Positions 35,633 to 46,833 of a stretch of DNA of 64,000 nt are shown piece after piece. The stretch is from positions 16,554,001-16,618,000 of the forward strand of contig JBHGNT010000016.1 of NCBI GenBank assembly GCA_043228905.1. Reading direction: 5' to 3'. This DNA is from Azolla caroliniana. Lineage: Eukaryota; Plantae; Polypodiophyta. The notes under the pieces were generated by a model. That model searched no databases. It was not told the DNA's origin and saw only the letters and a program-made list of their open reading frames with translations. The translations under genes and the position numbers were made by a program. How positions within the stretch are numbered: the first letter of the stretch is position 1; each line of letters starts with the position of its first letter.

Positions 35633-38600
35633 TGAGTGATGATAAGAAAGATATTTATTATATGAAGAAAATATACGACGGCGGCTAAAAGGCTTAAGAC
35701 TGGCGTTGAACCAATTTGGTTCAACATAATGCCTAGTGCCCTCTTTTATAGTGTTTTCAGGAGTAATCCTGAAGCTTCTAGAATGTTCCAGAGAAATCTG
35801 GAATATACACTAATTTCCTATAATAAAATGTACATGAAAATAATATCCTACGTATTACAATAGATGGTCTAATGGTCAAGAGCTCGACCCATATAACCCA
35901 AGGTCATGGGTTCGAGTCTTGCCATATCATGACAGGTACATGGTACAAACCCCCGGATTTCTATCTGAACAGAACACTTCGGCAATCTGCCGATTGAAGG
36001 GGGCGTTATACGGACTTAAGCAAGCCCCGCGAGCTTGGAACACAAAGATTATGCAACAATTGCATAGAATGGGGTTTACGACGTCCAAATCGAACTCTTG
36101 ATTGTTCACTCGCCAAGGTCGACATGGACTGGTCTGTCTTTTACTTTATGTTGATGATTTAGTCATCGCCGGTGCCGACCTAGAAGAAATCGGCCACGTC
36201 AAGTCTCACCTCGCGGCATCTTTTGAAATGAAGGATCTTGGAGACCTTCATTACTTCCTCAGGGTCTAAGTGATCCGTTCCACCGAATGCATATTGATCA
36301 GTCAGCGTTATTACGCGCTGAATATGCTCTTCAAGTTCGGGATTGCCAATTGTAAGCACATCTCGACCCCTCTGGATAGAAACATAAAGTTTCGTCGTGA
36401 TTCGGGAAAGGCGTGTGACCTGACATGGTTTCGACAAATTGTCGGAAGCCTCATCTACTTGGCGATCACTCGGTCGGACCTCAGCTATCCGGTCAGAATG
36501 ATTAGTCAATTTATGTCGCAGCCCATGACCGAACACCTTCAGTGCTCGCAAAGAATATTACGATATGTCAGCGGCACGAAAGACATGGCGTTGTTGTATC
36601 GTAGAGGCATAGACGAACAGTTAGTTGGCTACACGGATGCCGATTGGGCTGGAAATGCCCACAATCGTAGATCTGAATACGCCTCCTCATTGGGAAGTGC
36701 GGCGATCGCGTGGAGCAATAAAAAGCAACCGATAGTGGCACTGTCAAGCACGGAGGCCGAATATGGAAGGGCAACTGTCGATACGTGCGAAGTCATTTGG
36801 CTAAAACGGTTATTACGGGATCTACATTTGGCTAATCCAACGATGATCTATTGCGACAACCTCAGCAGTACCCACCTTGCAAAGAACCCTATATTCCACA
36901 CTCGGACCAAGCACATTGAGGTGCACTACCACTTCGTCCGCGAGCATGTCCTTTCTGGTAAAGTCGAACCGGTGTATGTTCCGACGGGTTGGCAAATTGC
37001 CGACATCTTCACCAAGTCCCTTGGTCTCAACAAGTTACAACATTTCCTGGGTGAGCTGGGTTTGCGTCACCTCGATACACCGAACTTGAGGGGGAGACAG
37101 GAACAGGAACAAGAGCGTGAAAGGAGTTGTAGTGACCGTGATGCTGAATCAAATGAAGAATTCGATTTCAGGCCTACTAAAGAAGCCGAAGACAACCGAA
37201 GACAACTGAAAAAAAGGGAAATACAGCCAAGAAGGGCGTAAAGGTCAAGACCAAGACGTGGTCTGATGTTGTCAACGGCCTAAAGACAGAAGAGGAATTG
37301 GAAATAGCCAATTCGGGCGAAAGTGGAATTGAATCGGAAGTGTCTGATTTAATCAAAATGTTCGATTTGGACATTACGAATCGACTGTGGGCCAAGCGGA
37401 GGAAAGGGCCATGAAAGAGGTGCCAACACCGCGACAACAAGGGAGCTGATAAGGGCCGCATGAGTAGACAAGCCGATCGGAAGGGTCGAAGCGCATGGAA
37501 TCGAACAGGTCGAGGAGCGCGACCGAGGCGTGAAGCCAAGAGAGGCCGGAGTGAAGATCCGGAAAAGCATATGGTACCTCAAGTTGAGCTTGAGGGGGAG
37601 TGTTGAGAGACAAGCTCAACATTGGGTGTGTAAACGGGTGCGTAACCTAGTACGTAGACTAGGTGCGTAAAACTGTACGCAAAATATGGCCATGGCGGTG
37701 TTTAAACCGAAAGGCCGTTAGAACATTATTCCTCATAAGGAATAGTTTTGGGAGTTAGTGTAGAAGGCTCATTTATGAACGGTCAAGTACTGTCAGTACT
37801 TGTGTCAGCCTGATAGTCAGGGCTTTTATAAAAGGCGCTCACTAAGCACGAAACATGTACAGAGAACATACAAAGAATCATTTTTGAATATAGTTAGGTG
37901 TTTCTACTCTCTCTCTGTCCCTCTCTTTCTCTATGATTTCTGCAGTTTACTGAACTGTCATACTTCCGAACCGTGCACTCTGTGTTCTTACGCATACGCT
38001 TCCGCACACGTATTCTTTTACACGAAGGATCAGAGGTCGAAGCTCGATAGTAAGTCGAAATCATGCATATTCATGGGATACTCGGAAGATGAGTTCGGCT
38101 ATGGGCTATGGGACCTAGTCGATAAGAAAGTTGTGAGAAGTCAGGACATTGTCTTCTTGGAAGACAATACAATTGAGAACTGGAAGCAAAAAAAATCGGA
38201 ATCGATTACCCAGTAAACCTCAACTACCATCAACTTGAGGTCAAGTGAACCTACATAGCTGACTGTTCAGAGACAACCAGTTGACACACCCAAATCCGAG
38301 CCGGCCGACTCTAAGAGACCAACCGAATATGAGTCTGAGTTGGCAGAGCTGCTAGGGTCAATCGAGGAATATGAGTTGGAGTCATTCAACTTGGAGATGC
38401 CAATTGACTGTGCATAGAGCGTATCTTAATAGAGTTTTATCTTCTTTGATCTCTTGTGCAAATCTATGGTTAATCTACTGTGTGTCTGTGATTCTTGGTG
38501 GCGTAGTGTAAGCACTATAATCGTAAAAGGCGTAGGCGTGAGTGCGAGTGTTGTGACTAGTGCACTGTCTAGGGAGTTCGGTTGTAGCCGTCTCTCTTAT

Positions 38601-41437
38601 ACACTACTAGGATACGGAGAGTTATCTTGTTATGTATTATGGTACGACGGTACCATTCGTGGCAACGCAGTCACCTTGAGGTCTAGGTCGAAGGACTGAC
38701 TAAAGACCGTGTTCCTAATCGGTAACACTTTTGGCACGCTTGGTGATATGTGTCTTCTCAGAGACGAACAACGACGAATGGATGTTTAGCCACAGACGTC
38801 CCAGAGAACCAACATGACAAGACCGAACAATCACAAGGTCCATCACACGCCAGGCAGAGGAATGCGCACGGCAAAAACCTCGCCTCAGTGACCTCAGTGA
38901 TACCTGTCGGGACCACAAAGATGACTTCCCGCTCACCAAATACCCCAGCAACAGACAGAAAGTTCGCTCACCCCACAAGCACCGTGGTCCTTCCTTGCCC
39001 ACCGTAGCGTCCAGCATGACCTTCTCGTATCCCCGCTTCAATAGTGAAACCAACGCTGCAACCCACATTCACCTGTTCCTAAATGTCTGGAATGCAAATC
39101 ACATGCCGCAGAGCCTTCCCGAAGAAGTTGTGCACCAATCCAAAATTACAAAGTTTGGATTAACTCTGGATGGGAGAGCGGTGTTTTGGCATTCGAAGAT
39201 GGATCTGCTAGCAATCAAGACCTTCGACCAGCTGTAGTTAGCCTTTTTGCGTTTCTTTCACCGGAAGGTGCCGCAACACGAAATCCTCGGGCAGTTTTAT
39301 ACAATTAAACAGTTGTCGGCAGAGACTGTAGCGAATTTCAGTTTACGCTACCAAAATCTCCAATGGAAATTAGAACGGGGCCTGACGGAGGACTAGACTC
39401 GGGAAACATTCCTGGCAGCTCTACGATGATCGATACGGACGATGCTCAACAACAGTAGTGTGAAAGGTGAAACGACCAACATGGTCATAGAATGAGCGCT
39501 CCAACTCGAGCTAGATGAAGAAGAAGACATGTTTTCCATGTCCTCATTACGGCAAGCGTTACCTTAGGACGAGGAACGACACTTCTGCCAAGCAATCCAG
39601 TGCACGATTTGCTTGAATTCTGGGCATTCCGCAGTCGACTACAATATGCGAATCCACTGCCCAATCTGTCACTCGAAAGCACACATGGTCAAACAGTGTG
39701 AGTACAATATGTTGAACAGAGCCATGCCCACAGTACGAAGCGTGGAAACACAGCGCCCCCCTCGCCGTAATGAGCAAAGGCGCCAAGAAGAACGACCTCG
39801 GTATATGGATCGGAACCCACGCGATGACCGGCACTACCGGAATCGTTGGAATAACAATGATTCCGAGGAAGACAAGCCGGAGGATGAAGACTACCGTGGC
39901 AACCACAGAAATAATAAAGGGGGCCGACGCTACGAGAATTACCGTCCGACGAACAAACGTGGCGGTTTCAATGGGCCTCGCGGAAAACATCGTCAGTATC
40001 GGGACCAACGGCGGTACGACGGAAGTTCGGATGAGGATCGGCACCAGGAACCGCGTCGGGACCAACAACAACCACTGCGTACGCTCCGAAGACCGAACCA
40101 AGACCGGGAGGACCAAGTCACACCTAGGGATCGGCAGACACCACCAGTTGCCGAGAAAGGCAAATCCAGCATCCATTGTTTTGTTTGCCAATAGCCCGGA
40201 CATTATGCCACGCAATGCCCATTACGCAAGGGCAAGGGGCCCACCGTCAATAAGATTACGGTGGAAGTGCAACAAGTCACGACATGACAGCAAACAAAAA
40301 ATGTTGATTGGGCCGCGCAAAATGAGATACGTCAGACGGCCCAAGCATGGGTTGAAAAAGCAAATGTGGCAAATACGGAACGCATGCGGAAGGAGTCCAC
40401 AAACACGGTGGAGCCGTCCGAGGAAGATGTAATATCTCCGGATCCCATACGGCAAGCATTGGCAGACTGTGAGATAACGCTAACCATGGAGAATCTACTT
40501 CAACTAGTTCCACGATTCCGCCAAATCGTGGAGGATCGTATAACGGGCAGATCTGGGGTAAGCATCTCCGCAAATTTTACGGACATCAGCGCCGGACCAA
40601 CAGTGGTGGATCACCACTATCTGGCTATTAAGTTGATACTACACAGTCAGGAAATCACAGGATGCGTAATCGACGGCGGCTCTGTTGTCAATGTAATTAG
40701 CGCGAAGACATGCGAACAATTGGGAATTTCCGAATGGGAAGCTTGCCCATTTTGGCTTCGCATGGCGGATACCCACTCAGTACGGCCATTGGGTTTAATA
40801 CACAAGTTAGGCATTATCGTGGGAAGGCATCACTTCGATGTCTCGGCGATAGTCCTTGCCCTCGACGCCCTAGGAGTGTATCCTATGCTGCTGGGCAAAC
40901 CGTGGCCTCGTTCAACAAATATCGAGCAGAGCTGGCAACATAAGTGCATCAGCTTTCGACGTGGACGCACCAAGGTTTGCGTACCAACAGAGGAAAGGGC
41001 GGCACAACCCAAGGGCATAACACCGTTATACGCGGAGGACATAAATATGTTGGCTGGGGTGGATGATACAAAATTAGAAGTATACCTAGACGAGCACCCC
41101 CGGATCATTCCGTTATTCGAAATCGACGTCATCCAAACCGCGGCGGAGTATGCCACGCCCGCTACGCCCCACAACGAGACTTACAAAGCAAACCCGAAGT
41201 CAATATTAGAACTAAGCAGAGCAAGGACAGCGTTCGAGAGGGAAATGGAAATTTCACGACGAGTCACTGCCTCCGCCCTGGAAGAAGTAAACGTGGGTAC
41301 GGCGTCAGAACCCCGATTCCTCTCCATCGCAAAAGAACTACTACCAGATTAGAGAGATGCGATGATAGCACTACTTAGGAAGTATAAGATGTGTTCGCCT
41401 GGTCCCACAAGGACATGAACAGGTTAGATCCGAAGTT

Positions 41438-44400
41438 TGTTAACTCTTCAGGCCGGACAATGGCCTAACACAGGGTGTCTACGGGAGACACTTCACCAAA
41501 GGGTGTTACGGCAACCGGATTAGACTTCAACGCTAAGTTACTTATTAGGATCGTCTTTCATAACACGCGTAAGATATAACAATTAAGACAGAATGGCAAT
41601 TAACACAAAGAGATAACAACGCTTAAGCTTTCATTAATTAACCGCTAACTATTACATTGTATCCGGGCCTTTAAATAGGTTTCCGATCTGTATTACAAAA
41701 CGGTGCCATCCGCACCTGTTCGGGATCGGTCCGGATCCTGAACGGCATACCGATTCTAGTCCGTTCGTCCACACTCATAGCTTAATTACAACCACATTCC
41801 TACTACTTAATTAGCTCTCCGTTTCCCACTCTGGACTCCTTTGCCGACCGGTAACACATGGCACGCCCGTGGGACAGTACCTTGTACGTCAAATCCACAA
41901 CCGACCCTTGCTATTCTTCGTCCAAAATGTCCAAAATGCTTTGTTCGAGAGGCTCCAATGGTTCATCTGGAAGTGGTTATTGTTGTTGTTGTTGTTCTGT
42001 TGCAGTCTGCTGCGGCGGGTCCGTTGGTGGTTGTTGCGGCTGCTCCTCCGATTGTGGCTCTGACACCAGCGTCTCCGTCGTTGCTCCCTGCATCGTAGTG
42101 GTCTCCGGTTGACTGGTTCCCGGCTGGCCCTCAGCCGGCGACGGTTCCTCATCACTAAGGTTAACCGTTGCCGCTTCCCGTGCTTTTTCTTCCCGCACCT
42201 GGGACCGCTCGTAGCTTTCAAACTGGATTTGAGCGTCCAGCCTATCATCGTCTAGCTGAGCTATGAGCTGCCTGACCTGCGCCACCTGTTCATCTGCCAG
42301 GACTTGGAAGTCGTCGGCCAGCTCGTCCCGTATGGCGGTGAAGTCCTCGGAAGTCAACGTATAATAGTCATCTCCTTCCTTCCGCCGGTTTGCCACATCC
42401 GCCCGTAGCAACTGGAGTTCCGCCGCGTTTTGTGCCCACTTTGTCCACCATTTTACGGAGCTTTCATCAATCAAGTGTTTTGCCTGATTCAGCCATGCCC
42501 GGAGGATGGATTGAATCCGGCTCGTTCCCAATTGCGATTTGGTTTCCGCCGCTTGCCGTTCCTCCTTCAGTTGTTTGTTGATTTTGACGTTGTCCTCCAC
42601 CTACGCCTTGTAATGCGTCAATTGCCTTTGATATGTGCTTTGTAATTTCTGCAATACTGTTGACGCTCTCTTTGTCTTCTTGCTGCTGCCTCTGGAGTTC
42701 CATCCGGACCTTCTCCGCCTCGTCCAAGCGTCTTGTATTTTCCGCCCGTTCGTCGGCGATCGTCGTCGCGGCCCGATCAACTACCTGCTGGAGCTCGGCC
42801 ATCCGTTCTTTATGCTCCGTTTCCAGCCGTTTGTAGTCCCGGTGTAGGTGCTCAAAATCATTCGTCTTTTGCTTGAGCCGTGCGTTGATCTGACGACGGG
42901 CCCGGTCCTCGCGGTCCTTCTGCTGGCGGAGCTCTTCCTTTAGCCGTTCCATCTCTGTTTCCGCCGTTTTCCGCAGCTTGTCCTTTTCCTGCAGCACTTT
43001 GTCTTTCTCCCCTTTAGCTGGTCGTACGCTTGATGGCCTTTCCGGAGGCTCTCCTCTGCCCGGCGGAGGTTCTCAGCAGTCTTCTTTAATTCGGCTTCGG
43101 CCGCCGTCTTCAATTCTCGTTCACGGCTCCTTAGCGCTTCTTGTGCGGCAAGTTCCTCTCTCAATTCCGCAAGCTCCTGAGCTTGCGCCGCATCTCTCGC
43201 CGGAACGGTTTAAGTTGCCGGGGTCTTATTGCTATGTACAGGTCGTTCCGTTTCTTTATTCTGTACACTTACCGGAGTCACCGGTGATTGGATCCGTATT
43301 TTGGCCATCTCTGTCGTGACCTGATCCAAGTCTTTTTCAAGGCACTGGATTCTGGACCGGGCCGTCTCTAGTTGTTCGGTTGTGACAAGCAACCGTTCGT
43401 TGTGCGCTCTTTCTTCCGCCTCAATATACTCCACTGCTTCGGCTATCTATTCGCCTATCCACCGGAGCCACAGGCTACCGGTGCCTTGTTGTGCTTGCAT
43501 GGAGGTTTGACAGATGGGCTCACTTGTAGAGGGGTAGTCCCGCCTGGTTGCGCCGAGTTGCAGTTCCGTTTCTACCCGTGGACCATCCTGTTGTCTTGGT
43601 TCCCCTTGCGCTTCTTCTTGGCTGACCGAGGGATGTTGCAGTGACCTTTCCGGCTCTGGCGGGATGGGACTTGCCGGTGTTGCCGGTGGTGCCGGGGCTT
43701 CTGTTTCCGGTGCCATCTGCACCGGTTCCGGTTCCTTCCTTGGCGTGGGAGTCTCAGTATGGGGAGCCGGTGTTCCCTCCGTCTGAGGTTCCGAACGTTT
43801 CCCGGCTGTCTCAACGGTCCTTGCCGACGACCGTCGCTGGAGGTGCTCCGTAGGCTCCTCCTCTATTTCCTCCTCCTGAGCTCCGGCATTGAGTTTTGCC
43901 GCCAAGGGGTCCACTTCTCGATTCACCGGTTGGCGGAGTGTGACCTTTACGGGCCGTGCCGGTGGTTCCTCCTGCGCCTCCGTTGGGCGCTTCCGGTTGC
44001 CGCTTCTTGTTGCCGCCTGTTCTGCATCCACTGCCTTTCCCTTACTAGCCTTAGAGGCCAACAGTTGTTGCCGTTTGGAAGCCGTCCTTGGGGTGCCGTC
44101 CGCCACTCTTCCTCGCTTCTTGGGCTGGACGGTCTGAACGGGTGGCACCAGCAAGGTGAGCCACTGCGTTATGGCGTGCCATATCCTTCGTCCGTCTCGG
44201 CCTTCTTTCCCGTCTTTGCCTCTGATGATCTCGATCGCCGCACACAACCCGTCTGCGATCAATACCGGCCAATCCACCTTGATCCCTTCATAGGTGGCGA
44301 TGATCATCCCTGCCCGGTTCTGCGGCATGACAGGGGGTCTAGGGTACACGTGGCCGTATTCACGGAGCACACGAGCAATTTCGCGGAACAACATATCTCC

Positions 44401-46833
44401 GCCGCCCTGTGTCCGGTAGCCTTTGCTAAGGAAACCCCACTTTGGAGACGGAGTCGAAGAATGATACGCGGATGTGCAAGTCATAACGACTAAGTGCAAG
44501 AAATGGCGAAACGCAAAAATGACGATGAAGATGTTGGAGGAAGTCTATGGAGGAATGCATGAATGGCAACAATGTTTGTGCGAGGTTGCGATTAGTGTCC
44601 ATTTGCGTGTTTCCGAAAGTGGTAGCGACAATGTGTGTGTTCTCAAAAGCGTGGTGCAAGATGCACGGCTGGACAAACAGCAACGCAGAGGGAACCAGTG
44701 CCAACACAACCGAAAAGAAAAGCCCACCAGGAGACTACGGAGAAAGTCGTAGTGTGTGGAGCGGAGACCGGCACGATGTGCTGAGAATGCACGGGCAATG
44801 GTTCCAGAAGAAGAAACGCGTAGAGAGTTGGAACCAAAATCAGAACCAGAACCCGAGTCGGTTAACACCGAAGGGTCAAAGAAGACGGAGATGGAGATGC
44901 AGACGCAAACCAGACATCAACCAACAACGCCGGAAAGATACGGACGGATGGACTAGACAAAGGCGACCAAAAAGACACAATACACAGTAGGATGGGACAA
45001 ATGGGCCGAACAGGCGACCACACAGACAGACGGACCGGACATGTGACCAAAAGACAGCAGGGCCGACAAGGCCGGCGAGCTAGACATCTGGAGATGGACC
45101 GGACAGACATGGCCAGCCGAGCCAGACAATGGAAAGAGCAGAATGTTCATTGAGAATGACGACGAAAAAAGAAGAAGCTACGGACAACAGTGAAAGAGAA
45201 GTCGGTGGGGCCGGATAGGAGCGGAAGAGTGGTCAACAGCACCCAGAAGGGCGACACCGATACCAGAAAAAGCCGGCCGAAGTGCGATCGAAGAGCAGTC
45301 AGAGTGACCGAACTGCACCGAAATGAAGGCAGGAGGACATGACGACACCGGACAATGACAAACATGGAGACGACCGGAACGGGCCGGATCGATGCCCAGA
45401 ACAGCGACAACGATAGAGACTGACGAGAGGCCAGAAAAGCGTCGGCCGGAGAGCGGTCATAGTGGCTGAACGACGCCAAAACGGAGACCACGATGGCAAT
45501 GGTGCCGGAGACAGAGATGGAGTGGCAGGAGGAACTGAAATGGTCGGAGTGGCCAAACAACCAGTGGTTGAGCAGAGAGACAGAGACCATGGACAAAGCC
45601 GACAACCACCGAAGGCGGAATTAGAAAAGAAAGAAGAAGAAAATAAGAAAATAAGAGGAGAAATAGACCAGAAGGAAGAAAAAAAGAATGAAGGAGAAGA
45701 AAGGACAGGGTAGCACAAACAGAGAAGAAGGAAAAGAAAGACAGGAATAGGAGAAGAAGCAACGGTTAACACCAAGAAGGAGGAAGAAGATGCAGACAAC
45801 ACGCGGGAGAAAACGTAAGAAGCAAACAGAAAAAATAAATGAGAGGGAAAAAGAGAAGAACGGGGCATGCGAAGAAATTTTAAAGTGTTGAGGGTAGCAG
45901 CCTAAAATTTCAGAAACTTGGGGGTACTGAATGAAATTTTCAAAGTTTGAGGGTACATATCAAAATTTTAAAAAAAACAAGAGGGCACCACCAAAATTTT
46001 GAAAATCCCCAAGAATACTCACACACACTCAAAACAAAGGAATAACATACATATACACGACATGATTTTAGACCCATGAAAAAGTTCGTAAGCCGGCAGA
46101 ATGAGACTGTTCGTGTCGCGGAAAGATTTGCTGACCGACAAAGATGTTCGAGTCAAGCACTCCGATCGAGGGAGTCGATCGTTGAAAGGACCGATGGAAG
46201 TTTCGGTCGAAGAGATATCATCATCAAGGCATGTGGGATCAACGTGCAAGGCACTTTCCCACGGGCGTGCCATATTGTGTTACCCCGTACGAGCTGTATG
46301 GAGAGTCAAGTGTGATGAGCGAGGGTCGAATAGTATCATGATGATGTTGTATATGTGTAGGGAACATAAATGTAATTGTGAGTCGATATGTATGTGAACA
46401 CATGCACACGTGTGTGCATGTGGAGGGATACGATGAGGTGTGAGTGAGTGTCCAATATGAATGCTCTAGGGGGCTTTCACCCCTTTGTATCTACCCCCTC
46501 TTGTACTATTTAACCCCCTTATGGGGAATGAATGAAACATGAAGGAACATTTCTCTCTATCTCTCTTTTCATCTCTCTCTATCTCTCTTTTCATCTCTCT
46601 CTCTCTCTCTTTCTCTCTCTCTCCCCCTCAACGTTGAACCCCCTTGGGAGGGGGGTGGAGCCATTCTAGGCACCACCCCCCACCCCGCAATGCTTCTCAA
46701 TACACATCATGCTATCACCCACAATGATTCTTATCGCCATCACCATTTCCATCTTCATCACTATCAATGTCATCATCAATCTCTGAATGCTTATCACCAA
46801 TCATCATAAATGTTAACCCTAAAACCGACAACA
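41438..46833 (-). mobile_element. Element X: pol-less insertion with two dissimilar LTR-like ends and only accessory ORFs
   Basis: TSD AAGTT at 41433-41437 and 46834-46838; left LTR 41438-41856 (B-like); right LTR-like 46278-46833 (TGTTAC..ACAACA); ~42-bp internal inverted repeats. Confidence 0.85.
41880..44499 (-). pseudogene. X accessory ORF(s): conserved N-domain, Pro/Glu linker and long coiled-coil; broken by stops
   Basis: IIATYEGIKVDW matches J IIDTFEGRT|VDW; WAQNAAELQLLR..W matches J WAAQAAELHTYRTDW; E/K/R-rich helical segments. Confidence 0.75.

Larger units (their letters stand above)
30269..35934 (-). mobile_element. Element K: full-length Tcn1-like chromovirus
   Basis: LTRs 30269-30699 and 35502-35934 (about 6 substitutions plus a 2-bp indel by eye), TSD GGTAC at 30264-30268 and 35935-35939, PPT AAAGGGGGGATAG, non-tRNA PBS 35501-35488. 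Confidence 0.97.
27588..38022 (+). mobile_element. Element E: Ty1/Copia with gag/PR deletions, interrupted by K
   Basis: LTRs 27588-27999 and 37601-38022, TSD CGAAG at 27583-27587 and 38023-38027, iMet PBS at 28000, PPT 37592-37600, INT/RT/RH fragments. Confidence 0.93.

Noticed and set aside
35860-35934. Functional tRNA genes in LTRs
   Set aside because: A and B boxes are present but acceptor, anticodon and T stems pair poorly; reported as tRNA-like modules instead.
38404-38410. TSD and intact 5' end for element J
   Set aside because: About 160 bp of the 5' LTR and about 100 bp of flanking Copia sequence are deleted (compared with 58316 onward and the inverted copy near 25170-25290), so no TSD can be called.
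46811-46833. 23-bp mini-LTR (TGTTAACCCT..ACAACA) as the right end of X
   Set aside because: The longer 46278-46833 segment has the tRNA-like motif, TGTTACC start and TATA-like box; the short match is probably chance but is not excluded.
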